A stretch of DNA of 64,000 nucleotides from Candidatus Woesearchaeota archaeon (GCA_018676855.1 JABHDY010000003.1:445907-509906), one strand, 5' to 3'; shown: positions 37,655 to 47,879, counted from the first letter of the stretch. The notes: generated from the letters alone by a model not told the origin. Numbers and translations: made by a program.

Positions 37655-37681
37655 CTTTTATTATTAAAGAGACATCAAAAA

Positions 37682-37873
37682 ATGCCAACAAAACGTTTTG
37701 GAGCACGGTACGGTCGAAAGCCAAAGACAAAGCTGAAGAAGATTGAAAAACAGCAGAGTGGACACCATAAATGTCCTGAATGTCTTAAAATTTCTGTAAA
37801 ACGACAAGCGTTAGGCATTTGGCACTGCAAAAAATGTGGTGTAACGTTCGCTGGGAAAGCGTATACTTTGTGA
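37682..37873 (+). CDS. rpl37ae: Ribosomal protein L37Ae (eL43)
   Basis: RFGARYG...CPEC...GIWHCKKCG...AG.AYT matches the L37ae Zn-ribbon family. Confidence 0.85.
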   Translation: MPTKRFGARYGRKPKTKLKKIEKQQSGHHKCPECLKISVKRQALGIWHCKKCGVTFAGKAYTL

Positions 37874-37887
37874 GGATTTTATTAAAA

Positions 37888-38022
37888 ATGTATTATCTCT
37901 GTTTTGAATGCGGAAAGAAAGTTGATGAAGAGTATACTGCAACAAAAATAAGGTGTCCTTATTGTGGTGGTAAAGTTTTATACAAAGATCGACGAACCGT
38001 GAACAAAATCAAAGCACGATAA
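37888..38022 (+). CDS. rpoP: DNA-directed RNA polymerase subunit P (RpoP/Rpb12)
   Basis: 44-aa MYYLCFECGKKVDEEYTATKIRCPYCGGKVLYKDRRTVNKIKAR, the classic RpoP Zn ribbon. Start taken at the internal Met of the track ORF. Confidence 0.8.
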   Translation: MYYLCFECGKKVDEEYTATKIRCPYCGGKVLYKDRRTVNKIKAR

Positions 38023-38040
38023 ATATTTTTCTTATGAAAA

Positions 38041-38364
38041 ATGAGTTCAACAAACGCTAATCAATTACAGATTATTAAACAGAACATAGAGTCTCTCCTT
38101 CTTCAACGACAACAATTAGAATCACAGTTAACCGAACTTACATCAGCTCTTACTGAACTTTCTGAAACGTCTCAATCATACAAAATAATTGGCAAAATTA
38201 TGGTTGCATCATCAAAAGATACTCTTCGTAAGGACATTGAACAGAAAAAAGAAGTTATTGAGATTCGTATTAAGAACATTATACAACAAGAAGAAAAATT
38301 GAAGCAAAACATGGACACTATTCAAAAAGAAGCAGTCAAAGAGTTTCAAGAAAAACAAGAATAA
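38041..38364 (+). CDS. pfdB: Prefoldin beta subunit
   Basis: Coiled coil, beta hairpin (YKIIGKIMV), coiled coil; 107 aa. Confidence 0.7.
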   Translation: MSSTNANQLQIIKQNIESLLLQRQQLESQLTELTSALTELSETSQSYKIIGKIMVASSKDTLRKDIEQKKEVIEIRIKNIIQQEEKLKQNMDTIQKEAVKEFQEKQE

Positions 38365-38606
38365 TGATAAGTCAACAAGTTCAAGAAATTGTAGAGTATT
38401 TAACAGATTTATCACAAGATAACGATATGGGCAAACGTTTTAAAGAAAAAGCGGAACGGGTCATAACAATCTTAACAAGCAATATTCCTCTTGCTGTTGA
38501 AAAATCGTTACATGAATTGGAAGAACTTAATTCTTCTGACGTTCCATCATATTGTAGAACACAATTATGGGACGTTGTAAGTATGTTAGAAAGTATAAAA
38601 CAATAA
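38364..38606 (+). CDS. Small helical protein, possibly UPF0147 family
   Basis: 80 aa; overlaps the prefoldin stop (ATGA); pattern similar to UPF0147 proteins, recalled from memory. Confidence 0.4.
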   Translation: MISQQVQEIVEYLTDLSQDNDMGKRFKEKAERVITILTSNIPLAVEKSLHELEELNSSDVPSYCRTQLWDVVSMLESIKQ

Positions 38607-38607
38607 T

Positions 38608-39156
38608 TTATTTCTTAACCCAAAATTTAGATTTTATAAATAGGTTATTTGGAACGTAGAGCGTGTCTCCTCTCTCCGTTTTTATTTCTGTTTCTAGATA
38701 TCCAACTTTTTCTACCATGCCTGAAATTTCTTTAATTTCAATATGTTTACCCTCTTTAATTTTTCCTTTTCGTTGTAATAAAAACCATGCAACAAAGTTT
38801 GGAATGATGTCTTTAACACCAACAAGTACAGTAAGGATAATTATCATTAAAACTGCTCCTACAATGATGTATAAAACAATGGATCGTAATCCTAATTGAT
38901 CAAGGAACATAACGATTGTTACTAAATATATTATATAAGATAAAATTGAACTGACCCATTTCGCTAAATCATACCGAATACCTACTTTTGCCATAACGTT
39001 ATTAAGTTCTATTTCATGAAGTATTTTATACAAAACTTTCTTTACAAGAATACCTAACGCAAACCCTATGATAAGAATTGCTACCGCGCCTACAATATTT
39101 GTTAAATACGATTTTGTTGTTTCTACAACGGTATTTACTGTTGTTCCATTCTCCAT
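38608..39156 (-). CDS. Small-conductance mechanosensitive channel (MscS family)
   Basis: 3 TM helices plus conserved beta domain GDTLYVPNNLF. Confidence 0.6.
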   Translation of the reverse strand: MENGTTVNTVVETTKSYLTNIVGAVAILIIGFALGILVKKVLYKILHEIELNNVMAKVGIRYDLAKWVSSILSYIIYLVTIVMFLDQLGLRSIVLYIIVGAVLMIIILTVLVGVKDIIPNFVAWFLLQRKGKIKEGKHIEIKEISGMVEKVGYLETEIKTERGDTLYVPNNLFIKSKFWVKK

Positions 39157-39242
39157 AGCTTGTTTATCTTCGATTTTCTTTTATAAACATTGCGAAAGAT
39201 ACAAGGAAACTCTTAAAAACACCATTTTGTTAATGTTAGGTA

Positions 39243-40340
39243 ATGGTTGACTATTCAGCAAAAATTAAAGATCTTGAGGATGAACTGCGAAAGACAAAGT
39301 ACAATAAAGCAACGCAGGGACATATAGGTATTGTTAAAGCAAAAATAGCGCAACTTAAACAAAAACAAGAATCGCGTTCACAGAAAAAAACTGGTCGATC
39401 AGAACATGGATATTCTGTTCGAAAGTCTGGCGATGCATCCGTTTTATTATTAGGATTTCCTTCTGCGGGAAAGTCAACATTGTTAAATAAATTAACAAAT
39501 GCGGACTCTGAAGTTGGTGCGTACGCGTTTACGACACTTTCCGTTGTTCCAGGTATGATGAATTATAAAGAAGCAAAGATACAAATTCTTGACGTTCCAG
39601 GTATTGTATCTGGTGCAGCGTCTGGTAAGGGTAGAGGAAAAGAAGTTCTTGCAGTTATACAAAATGCTGATATGGTATTAATTGTTGTTGATGTAACACA
39701 TCCAGAACATTATCCTGCAATTCTGAGAGAAGTATGGGAATCGCGTATTAGACTCAATAAAAAGAAACCAGAAGTGTACATTACAAAAAAAGCTCAGGGC
39801 GGCATTCAAATTGGAAAAACTGTTAAACTTGATATTGATGATGAAACCATTAGAAAAGTGTTGAGACAATTTAAAATTGTAAATGCAGATATTCTTATTC
39901 GAAGTCCAATTGACATTGATGGACTGATTGATTGTATTGAAGCAAATCGTAAATATTTGCCTTCTGTTGTGTGCGTTACCAAAAGTGATTTAGTTTCTGT
40001 TTCTAAAGTGTCTAAAGTAAAGAAAGAGTTAAATGCCGATCTTACAGTGTCTGCTGAAGAAGATCTTAATATTACATTATTGAAAGAAAAAATATTTCAA
40101 CATCTTGATTTTATTAGGGTGTATATGAAAGAACCGCGTAAGGAAGCAGACATGAAAGAACCAATGATTATATTTCGTGATGCAACTATTAAAGATATCT
40201 GTGATAAGACTCATAAAGATTTTGCAAAGAAGTTTAAGTTTGCACGTGTGTGGGGAAAATCAGCTAAGTTTCCTGGACAGCGCCTTATGTTAAAACATGT
40301 TATGAAAGATAAAGATATATTAGAAATACATTTGCGATAA
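39243..40340 (+). CDS. DRG/Obg-like GTPase with C-terminal TGS domain
   Basis: G1 GFPSAGKST, G3 DVPG, G4 TKSD; C-terminal TGS-like region; 365 aa. Confidence 0.8.
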   Translation: MVDYSAKIKDLEDELRKTKYNKATQGHIGIVKAKIAQLKQKQESRSQKKTGRSEHGYSVRKSGDASVLLLGFPSAGKSTLLNKLTNADSEVGAYAFTTLSVVPGMMNYKEAKIQILDVPGIVSGAASGKGRGKEVLAVIQNADMVLIVVDVTHPEHYPAILREVWESRIRLNKKKPEVYITKKAQGGIQIGKTVKLDIDDETIRKVLRQFKIVNADILIRSPIDIDGLIDCIEANRKYLPSVVCVTKSDLVSVSKVSKVKKELNADLTVSAEEDLNITLLKEKIFQHLDFIRVYMKEPRKEADMKEPMIIFRDATIKDICDKTHKDFAKKFKFARVWGKSAKFPGQRLMLKHVMKDKDILEIHLR

Positions 40341-40343
40341 GAT

Positions 40344-41231
40344 TTATAATGTGTCCAACCATTCTTTCTTTAACGTAAATCCTTCTGAACGAGCCAATTT
40401 ACTAATTGCTTTATCGAAACAACTGCCGTACTGTGCAGCTTTCTTTTTACGCCATGCAAACTCTCCCAAAAATTCTTCTGCTACTTCACGTAGAATAACT
40501 TTTTTCTTATTATCAACCAATTTCCATTCAGAAGGCAGAGTCATAGAGAATTCAATAAGTTCTTTATCTAAGAATGGGGTATTAATAGTAATGCCTAATT
40601 CCTTTGCCAATGCAAAATCTCGTACCAAATCACGTGACCACATATTTTTCAAACCTGACCAACATTCTTCACAGACATCACTAGCTTTCTCATGCCGTTC
40701 ATATCCTGCAAAGATTTCTTCACTTCCTAACCCACTAAAGAAATGTGTAATTCCATCTTGTAAACCCAGTTCGGCAGCAGCAACTACAACTGAACCGACA
40801 CCAACATTTACAACATCAGTTCTCTCAACTTTTTGTAAGATATTAACAGTTTTTGTAATAATATTTTTCGCTTCTTCTAAATTAAATATTTTGTACTTTA
40901 ATTCAAACCCTAACTTTTCAGCAACACGTTTTGCTTCAACAATATCATCAGGTTCCTTTGTTTCGTCTTGAAACCCTACAGCATAACAGACAAAATTACC
41001 CTTTAACAATTTACATGCAGCAGCAATGAACGTACTGTCAACACCGCCGGAAAAGAAAATTCCAAATTTGTGCGCAGGTAATCTTTTCCTTACAGATGAA
41101 AGTAACAATTCTTGTAATTTAGTTTGTGCTTCTTTTTTAGTACCTGTAAAATTGTTTTGTTTACAACTATCAATAAGTTTGCCCCATTCACGCTTATCTA
41201 TAAGTCCGTTCTTTTCCCATAATTCGTGCAT
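40344..41231 (-). CDS. PP-loop ATP pyrophosphatase, asparagine-synthetase C-terminal-domain-like
   Basis: SGGVDST PP-loop (FGIFFSGGVDSTFIAAA); no glutaminase domain. Confidence 0.5.
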   Translation of the reverse strand: MHELWEKNGLIDKREWGKLIDSCKQNNFTGTKKEAQTKLQELLLSSVRKRLPAHKFGIFFSGGVDSTFIAAACKLLKGNFVCYAVGFQDETKEPDDIVEAKRVAEKLGFELKYKIFNLEEAKNIITKTVNILQKVERTDVVNVGVGSVVVAAAELGLQDGITHFFSGLGSEEIFAGYERHEKASDVCEECWSGLKNMWSRDLVRDFALAKELGITINTPFLDKELIEFSMTLPSEWKLVDNKKKVILREVAEEFLGEFAWRKKKAAQYGSCFDKAISKLARSEGFTLKKEWLDTL

Positions 41232-41282
41232 ACATTATGGATTTCACATAAATTTATAAAATTATACGTTGAAAACAATAGA

Positions 41283-41954
41283 ATGAAACTTGCAACATTA
41301 TTTACGGGAGGAAAAGATAGTACATATGCTATGTATTTAGCACAGAAACAGGGACATGAAATTACATGTCTCATAACAATACAATCGGAAAATCCTGATT
41401 CGTACATGTTTCACACGCCTGCTATTGAAGTTACGGAACTACAAGCAGAATCAATGAACATGCCACATATTCTTGGCTCAACGGAAGGAGAGAAAGAGAA
41501 AGAACTTGTCGATTTGAAAGAGTTGATAATTGCGGCAAAAAGTAAGTTTGAATTTGAAGGTGTTATTACCGGTGCACTTTTTTCTGAATATCAAAGTAGT
41601 AGAATACAAACAATTTGTGATTCTCTGAATTTGAAATGTATTAATCCCTTATGGCACAAGAAGCAAGAAGATGAAATGCAAGAGTTGTTAGATAAAAAGT
41701 TTGATATTATCTTTACTTCCATTGCTGCTGAAGGTCTTGACAAATCGTGGCTTAATAGAATTATTACACAAGATGATTTAGAAACGTTGAAAGGAAAGGT
41801 TATGGTAAATGTTGCAGGAGAGGGCGGAGAATTTGAATCATTGGTTGTTGATTGTCCTTTATTTGAAAAGAAGATTGTTATAGAAGAGTTTGAAATTAAT
41901 GAAGAAAGTGAGAATACTGCTCGGATGATTATTACGAAGGCGAGGTTGGAATGA
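41283..41954 (+). CDS. Diphthine-ammonia ligase-like ATP-binding protein (Dph6 / MJ0570 family)
   Basis: TGGKDS PP-loop and GEGGEFESLVVDCPLF (family signature GEGGEYET..D.PLF). Start set at MKLATLFTGGKDS. Confidence 0.6.
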   Translation: MKLATLFTGGKDSTYAMYLAQKQGHEITCLITIQSENPDSYMFHTPAIEVTELQAESMNMPHILGSTEGEKEKELVDLKELIIAAKSKFEFEGVITGALFSEYQSSRIQTICDSLNLKCINPLWHKKQEDEMQELLDKKFDIIFTSIAAEGLDKSWLNRIITQDDLETLKGKVMVNVAGEGGEFESLVVDCPLFEKKIVIEEFEINEESENTARMIITKARLE

Positions 41955-42349
41955 CAACAGTAATGTGCTTTGGAACGTTTGACGTTCTTCATCTTGGTCA
42001 TATAAATTATTTCCAGCAGGCAAAGGAATTAGGAGATACGCTAATTGTTGTAGTGGCAAGGGATACAACAAAAGAGAATCTTAAGAAAGAAATTGTATTC
42101 TCTGAAGAAGAGAGGCTCCAATTGGTACAGAATATAAGTATTGTTGACAACACAGTTTTAGGTAATACAAAAGATCATTTGAAAGTTATTGAGGAACATA
42201 AACCAGACATTTTATGTTTAGGGTATGATCAAGATGTTACAAAAACTGTATTACAAGAAGAATTACTGAAACGCCATTTATATCCTAAAATTCTAAGAAT
42301 GAAACCATATAAAGAAACTAAATATAAAAGTTCATTAATAAAAAAATAA
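41951..42349 (+). CDS. ribL: FAD synthase RibL (FMN adenylyltransferase, cytidylyltransferase fold)
   Basis: FGTFDVLHLGH nucleotidyltransferase motif; about 130 aa; strong resemblance to MJ1179-type RibL (VVARDETV..., ILCLGYDQ). Confidence 0.75.
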   Translation: MTTVMCFGTFDVLHLGHINYFQQAKELGDTLIVVVARDTTKENLKKEIVFSEEERLQLVQNISIVDNTVLGNTKDHLKVIEEHKPDILCLGYDQDVTKTVLQEELLKRHLYPKILRMKPYKETKYKSSLIKK

Positions 42350-42369
42350 AAATAAAAATAAATTAAAAG

Positions 42370-43179
42370 TTAGTTTAACGCTGCTTCTATTACTTGTTCA
42401 AACGCTGAAAATGGTTGTGCACCACTTACCATAACACCGTTTATGAAGAATGCAGGAGTTCCCTGTACGCCTGCTCTTTGTCCATCAAGGAAATCTTGTT
42501 GAACTTCAGACGCCATTGCTCCTGAGTCTAAACATGTGTTAAATTCTGCAGTGTTCAATCCAATGTCTGATGCAAATTGTTTAAATGACGTTACGCCACC
42601 TTCAACACCGCTATCAAACAATGTGTCGTGCATTTCATAGTATTTTCCCTGTTCACCTGCACATTCAGCTGCTTCTGCCGCTTTTTGTGCTTGCTGATGA
42701 AAACTTAATGGAAAATCTCTGAAAATGTATTTCACTTTTCCAGTATCGATATACTTTTCAACAATTTGTGGATATGTTTGTACAACATACCTTGCACAGA
42801 ACGGACATTCATAATCGCTAAATTCAACGATTGTTACTGGAGCATCACTATCTCCTTTTACTGAATCGTCGTCAACAAGCGAATCCATATCAACTGTTGG
42901 TGCCGGTGGCTGAGCTGAAGGTACATCTGGCGCTATAGGAATAGCAACATCATTTCCTGAAATTCCGCCAAGACCATTTAATTGAAATGCTATTATAACA
43001 AGAAGTATTACTTGGATAGCAGCAACAAACAAAAGTTGTCGTAATGTTTTGTATACTTTTGATTGACTTTTTGGTGCAGATTCTTTTCGCGGTTCTTTAT
43101 GTTCATGTTGTTTTTTGTGTTCTGTATGTTCATGATCATTATTGTCTTCTTTATGATCTTCTTTATGATATTCTGTCAT
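42370..43179 (-). CDS. DsbA-like thiol:disulfide oxidoreductase with His-rich N-terminus and TM anchor
   Basis: CPFC active site (FSDYECPFCARY), thioredoxin fold; N-terminal HKEDH...HEHTEHKKQHEH region and TM. Confidence 0.6.
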   Translation of the reverse strand: MTEYHKEDHKEDNNDHEHTEHKKQHEHKEPRKESAPKSQSKVYKTLRQLLFVAAIQVILLVIIAFQLNGLGGISGNDVAIPIAPDVPSAQPPAPTVDMDSLVDDDSVKGDSDAPVTIVEFSDYECPFCARYVVQTYPQIVEKYIDTGKVKYIFRDFPLSFHQQAQKAAEAAECAGEQGKYYEMHDTLFDSGVEGGVTSFKQFASDIGLNTAEFNTCLDSGAMASEVQQDFLDGQRAGVQGTPAFFINGVMVSGAQPFSAFEQVIEAALN

Positions 43180-43293
43180 GGATTACCCACCTCACTACGA
43201 ATACAAAAACATCTTTTATATATACATTGTGGTAATTTGGTCGTAAATCAAATAATCGAAATGTTTATAATGGGTATGTGTTCGTAATTTTTC

Positions 43294-44022
43294 ATGGTTC
43301 CAGCAATCTTGATTAAAAATCTTACAAAAAGATATTCTGACACAAACGTTGTTGATAATATCTCCCTTTCTATAAAAGGGGGCGAATTCTTTGGGTTATT
43401 GGGACCAAATGGTGCTGGAAAAACAACAATGATTGGAATCTTAACAGGTCTTGTTAACAAAACAGACGGAAAGGTTCAATTATTTGGAAAAGATGTTGAA
43501 AAAGATTATACAGAAGCTCGTTCATTAATAGGGTTGGTCCCTCAAGAATTCAATTTTGACATTTTTGAAAAAGTGTACAATTTACTCTATTTTAACGCAG
43601 GTTATTTTGGCATTCCTAAAAAAGATCGTAGGCCACGTATTAAAGAATTGTTAACTGCACTTAACCTCTGGGAGAAAAGGAACGTACCAATGAGAACACT
43701 TTCTGGAGGAATGAAACGAAAAGTTATGATTGCTCGTGCACTGATTCATAACCCAAAAATTCTTATTTTGGATGAACCAACAGCAGGCGTAGATGTTGAA
43801 ACGCGCAAAATGATGTGGCAATATTTTAAAGAAATCAATAAACAGGGAACAACAATCATATTGACTACTCATTATTTAGAAGAAGCAGAATTTCTTTGCG
43901 AACGGGTCGGTATCATAAACAAAGGAATAATGGTAAAACTTGACACTACACAAAACCTATTACAATTTCATGGAAAAGACGCAAAATTAGAAGATGTCTT
44001 TATTCATCTTACAACACAATGA
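43294..44022 (+). CDS. ABC transporter ATP-binding protein
   Basis: Walker A GPNGAGKTT, signature LSGGMKRK, Walker B ILILDEPT, H-loop. Confidence 0.85.
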   Translation: MVPAILIKNLTKRYSDTNVVDNISLSIKGGEFFGLLGPNGAGKTTMIGILTGLVNKTDGKVQLFGKDVEKDYTEARSLIGLVPQEFNFDIFEKVYNLLYFNAGYFGIPKKDRRPRIKELLTALNLWEKRNVPMRTLSGGMKRKVMIARALIHNPKILILDEPTAGVDVETRKMMWQYFKEINKQGTTIILTTHYLEEAEFLCERVGIINKGIMVKLDTTQNLLQFHGKDAKLEDVFIHLTTQ

Positions 44023-44786
44023 CTTCAAACTTTATTGCACTTTGGACAATAACACGCCGCGAAATTACGCGCGTGTTACGAATATGGACACAGTCGTTAA
44101 TTCCTCCCATTTTAACTTCTACATTATTCATTTTAATTTTTGGATATTCATTAGGGTCTCGAATTACCGATATTGTAGGTGTAACGTATTTAGAATTTAT
44201 TATTCCCGGTTTGTTGATGATGGGTGTTATCATGAGTGCATACGCAGCAACATCATTTTCATTATTTATACAAAAGTTTCATGGAAGTATTCAAGAATTA
44301 CTTGTTGCACCCGTTTCATATTGGCAAATTATTATGGGATTAACAGTAGGGGCACTTATTCGCGCAGGATTAGTGGGTCTTGGAATTATTCTTATTAGTT
44401 TCTTGTTAACGCCTATCACGATTCATAACGTTTTCATTATCATTTTCTTTGTTATCATGACCGCATTACTATTTGCATTTGCTGGTATTGCAACAGCTTT
44501 GTGGGCAGACAATTTTGACCATATGAGCGTTTTCTCAACGTTCTTAATTACTCCTCTAACATATTTGGGAGGCGTTTTTTATTCTATCACTATGTTACCT
44601 CCTGTCTGGCAGACAGTGGCAAGATTCAATCCAATTTTATACATGGTAGACGGTTTCCGCTACGGATTTATTGGTGTTAGTGATATTCCCATTATATATT
44701 CAATATTACTTGTTCTTGGACTAACACTGTTCTTTTTCTTTTTATGTATCTATTTATTCAAGATCGGATACAAATTAAGAAATTAG
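44019..44786 (+). CDS. ABC-2 type transporter permease
   Basis: 6 TM helices; overlaps the upstream ATPase stop (operon). Confidence 0.75.
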   Translation: MTSNFIALWTITRREITRVLRIWTQSLIPPILTSTLFILIFGYSLGSRITDIVGVTYLEFIIPGLLMMGVIMSAYAATSFSLFIQKFHGSIQELLVAPVSYWQIIMGLTVGALIRAGLVGLGIILISFLLTPITIHNVFIIIFFVIMTALLFAFAGIATALWADNFDHMSVFSTFLITPLTYLGGVFYSITMLPPVWQTVARFNPILYMVDGFRYGFIGVSDIPIIYSILLVLGLTLFFFFLCIYLFKIGYKLRN

Positions 44787-44798
44787 AAAAAAACGAAT

Positions 44799-45065
44799 TT
44801 ATTCTTTCCTTTTATAATATAATAAGAAAATAATGATATAAATTTCTGCCGTTATTATTCCTAACAAATATTTGAATATTAACGGTGGTTGAGTTATCAA
44901 ATATGCATAAATTAACGCAATAACGTTTGCTATAAGATATGTCACAAATAATAATAAACTAACTCCTTTCGTATCTTTTACTTTAATTGTTTTCACAATC
45001 TGTGGAATTAACATTATAGAAAATAAAATTGTTGCAATCCATCCTAATACTTGTGTAAAGTCCAT
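44799..45065 (-). CDS. SemiSWEET / PQ-loop 3-TM transporter
   Basis: 88 aa, three TM helices, PQ motif in TM1 (SIMLIPQIV). Confidence 0.5.
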   Translation of the reverse strand: MDFTQVLGWIATILFSIMLIPQIVKTIKVKDTKGVSLLLFVTYLIANVIALIYAYLITQPPLIFKYLLGIITAEIYIIIFLLYYKRKE

Positions 45066-45090
45066 TTTGTATAATAAGAAAACTCACTTT

Positions 45091-45837
45091 CTAATCATTA
45101 TCTACACGTGGAGCAAGTATGAAACTTAGTAGAACTCTATCTGTAACTTTATACTCTAACTTCATCGGGTAATCAGTATTAAAATGCAGATAAACTTTAT
45201 CTGAAAGTTTTCCACCAGATATCATCTTTTTAAGATATTCTAAGGAATATTTAGCTTTAAAACTCTCATCAGATTCTGCCGTTATTGTTGTTCTATCGTC
45301 CGGTTTAATTTCAATGAATGCTTTTGATAAGTCACCTTCTGCTTTAACAGAAATCTGATTTTTTTGTCCAAGGAATGTAACTGATTCTGCTACGACACTA
45401 ACATCTTCTATCGCTTCTGCAAGAGTTGTAGAGTCCGTTTTAACACTGATAGGAAATGTTAAGTCTGGAACACGCTGTTCTTTATTTTCTATTTCTAATG
45501 TTGGAATGGAAAATGATCGTGTCGTGTTACTTTTTAATTGAATTTTTAATTTGTTATCTTCAGTCGTTTCAAGTGTTAAAATATCGTCACTTTTAGCTCT
45601 TCGAAGGATTTGTTTCAAATTTGCAAGGTTTATAGCAATCTCCTCTTCTTTCTCTACATTATATTCAGTGAAACAGCTACTAAACAGTTCAAAATTCACC
45701 ATGGCAACATTTGCAGGGTCCATAGCAACAAGTTTTAAACCATTCTTTCCCACTTTAAATGTTGCTTCTGTTACTAACTCAGAAACTATAGAAATACTAT
45801 CTTTAAAATATCGTGGTTCAGCTAAGACTAATTTCAT
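45091..45837 (-). CDS. pcn: PCNA sliding clamp
   Basis: 248 aa, two-domain PCNA pattern MKLVLAEPRYFKDSISIVSELVTEATFKV. Confidence 0.85.
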   Translation of the reverse strand: MKLVLAEPRYFKDSISIVSELVTEATFKVGKNGLKLVAMDPANVAMVNFELFSSCFTEYNVEKEEEIAINLANLKQILRRAKSDDILTLETTEDNKLKIQLKSNTTRSFSIPTLEIENKEQRVPDLTFPISVKTDSTTLAEAIEDVSVVAESVTFLGQKNQISVKAEGDLSKAFIEIKPDDRTTITAESDESFKAKYSLEYLKKMISGGKLSDKVYLHFNTDYPMKLEYKVTDRVLLSFILAPRVDND

Positions 45838-45957
45838 TGTATTGTACCCCTCACACCATATTCAGAGCTGAATTTCTTTATAAGATTTATTGTTATGAAG
45901 TAGTATTGAATTGAAATTAGGGTTAAATTTAAAAATGGAAATAGAATTTTTTATGTT

Positions 45958-46332
45958 ATGGATTTAGAATCATGTACATATAGGACATATGAAGGGCCAC
46001 GAGAGGGTAAATCTAATTTATGTGCAATTACAAGAAAACGGGATTTGGCTCAAAAAAATCTGAGAGAAACTGTTGAGATTTATATTGCTGGACGATGTGA
46101 AAGTTGTGATTCAACTAATGGTACTCTTGTTTTTAGAGTAGACAACTTTTCAGACATTTTACGTGACGTGGGCATTCCTAAAAGAAGAATTATACAAGGA
46201 CTTCACGAAATTGCTGATAAAGGATATGTTCCCCTTAGTGCTCTTACTGGTTCACTTAATGCAGAAAAATTACAGATAGTAGAACAATATGTTTCATCAA
46301 AACAAGAATCAAAACAAAAAGGGCCTAAATAA
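45958..46332 (+). CDS. Hypothetical protein with 4-Cys cluster and possible wH
   Basis: C6, C22, C47, C50; C-terminal RIIQGLHEIADKGYV. Confidence 0.3.
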   Translation: MDLESCTYRTYEGPREGKSNLCAITRKRDLAQKNLRETVEIYIAGRCESCDSTNGTLVFRVDNFSDILRDVGIPKRRIIQGLHEIADKGYVPLSALTGSLNAEKLQIVEQYVSSKQESKQKGPK

Positions 46333-47656
46333 CAATTCTTTTCCCATCAACCATAATATGTGTCTTTTTAAAACCAAGTTGGGCAGCCAATTCTTTCAAC
46401 ATTTCAGCTTTTTCTTTCCCGGCATGAGACGGAATGATATTTTTTGGTCGTACCAATTCAAGTAAGTCTCTATGATCTTCCCGTGCACCATGACCAGAAA
46501 CGTGAACATCAGTAAATATTCGTACATTTTTATTTCTTAGGTTCTGTTCAAGCCGGCCCCTATTTTCCTTATTCAGTTCAACGGGAATTACTGAACAGCT
46601 AAACGTGACAATGTCACCAGATTCAAAACGGAACGATTCATGTCCTTTTGCTAATCGTGAGAGAATTGCTTTCGGTTCACCCTGGTGGCCCGTACATACA
46701 ATAAGATACTTTTCTTTTCCTTCTTTCATTATCTTATGTAACATTTTATCAATCTTGTCTCTATATCCAATAAGTTTAACATCCTTTTCAAAATTGACAA
46801 GTTCAATGTTTTGTGCAGCAGTAACGTACTTAGATAATGATCTTCCAAGGAAAACAATTTTCCTGTTTAACTTTTTGCCCATTTCAATAATACTTTTTAA
46901 TCGTGCAATGTGCGACGAAAATGTAGTTACAATCATTCCCTTTCCTTCAGATTGAACGCCAAGAAGAACATCTTTTAACATTTGTTTTGCAACAGATTCT
47001 GACGGCATTTTTCTATGTTCATGTGCATATAAACATTCCATGATAAGTAACGAAATTCCTTTATCACCTAATTCTTTTAATCGTTCAAAATTCGGTTTTT
47101 TTCCAAGTGTTGGTTGCCTATCAAACTTATAATCGTTGGCGTACATAACGCTACCTTCTGGCGTGTGAAGAATAATTAGTGTTGCGTGAGGTATTGAATG
47201 CGTAACATTAACAAATTCAACTGTAAAGTTTTTTGATAATTTATATGTTGAATTAACATTCATGGGTATAATCTTGTTTGAGATGGAAAGTTTTTCATCA
47301 TGCGTTATCGCTTTTAACACTTCTGCAGTATATGGTGTACATACAATGGTTGCGTCTGGAAATAAGGGTGCAGCGTACGGAATTGCGCCTATATGGTCAA
47401 GATGTGCATGACTTGGAACTATTCCTACAACATTTTTTGTCCAATCTTTGATAAGTGTATAATCTGGAACTGCATCAGCTTTCAAAAGTTCTTTATACGT
47501 TTTAGAACGAATATCTTCTCTATCTTCTGTATAATGGATATATTTCTCCATATTGAGGCCCATATCCAAGATAACAACTTCGTCTCCTACTTTAACAGCA
47601 ACGGAGTTTCCACCCGTTTTTGTAAATCCTCCTACTGTACATACTTCTATTGGCAT
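46325..47656 (-). CDS. rnj: Beta-CASP ribonuclease (archaeal RNase J-like)
   Basis: HxHxDH PSHAHLDHIGAIP; beta-CASP motifs; 443 aa. Confidence 0.8.
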   Translation of the reverse strand: MPIEVCTVGGFTKTGGNSVAVKVGDEVVILDMGLNMEKYIHYTEDREDIRSKTYKELLKADAVPDYTLIKDWTKNVVGIVPSHAHLDHIGAIPYAAPLFPDATIVCTPYTAEVLKAITHDEKLSISNKIIPMNVNSTYKLSKNFTVEFVNVTHSIPHATLIILHTPEGSVMYANDYKFDRQPTLGKKPNFERLKELGDKGISLLIMECLYAHEHRKMPSESVAKQMLKDVLLGVQSEGKGMIVTTFSSHIARLKSIIEMGKKLNRKIVFLGRSLSKYVTAAQNIELVNFEKDVKLIGYRDKIDKMLHKIMKEGKEKYLIVCTGHQGEPKAILSRLAKGHESFRFESGDIVTFSCSVIPVELNKENRGRLEQNLRNKNVRIFTDVHVSGHGAREDHRDLLELVRPKNIIPSHAGKEKAEMLKELAAQLGFKKTHIMVDGKRIVI

Positions 47657-47704
47657 ACGTGTATGAATTTATGTATGTTTAAAAATGTTTTGAGAAAATG
47701 AAAG

Positions 47705-47808
47705 TGCGGACGGCAGGGCTCGAACCTGCGTAGGTACTAAACCAATGGATTTTGAGTCCATCCCGTTAAGTCCACAATTATTGTGTTTGACCACTCCGGC
47801 ACGTCCGC
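47705..47808 (-). tRNA. tRNA-Leu(CAA) with an extra segment of about 19 nt in the D-arm
   Basis: Minus strand: GCGGACG TG CCGG AGTGGTCAAA [CACAATAATTGTGGACTTA] ACGG G ATGGA CTCAAAA TCCAT long V-arm GCAGG TTCGAGC CCTGC CGTCCGC A. Upstream TTTATAAAAT at about -30. Confidence 0.55.
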
Positions 47809-47879
47809 GAACTATAAAATACATTTTCCTTACTATTTTATAAAACTAACTGAATATTTATAAATAAAAAAGTATTCAT

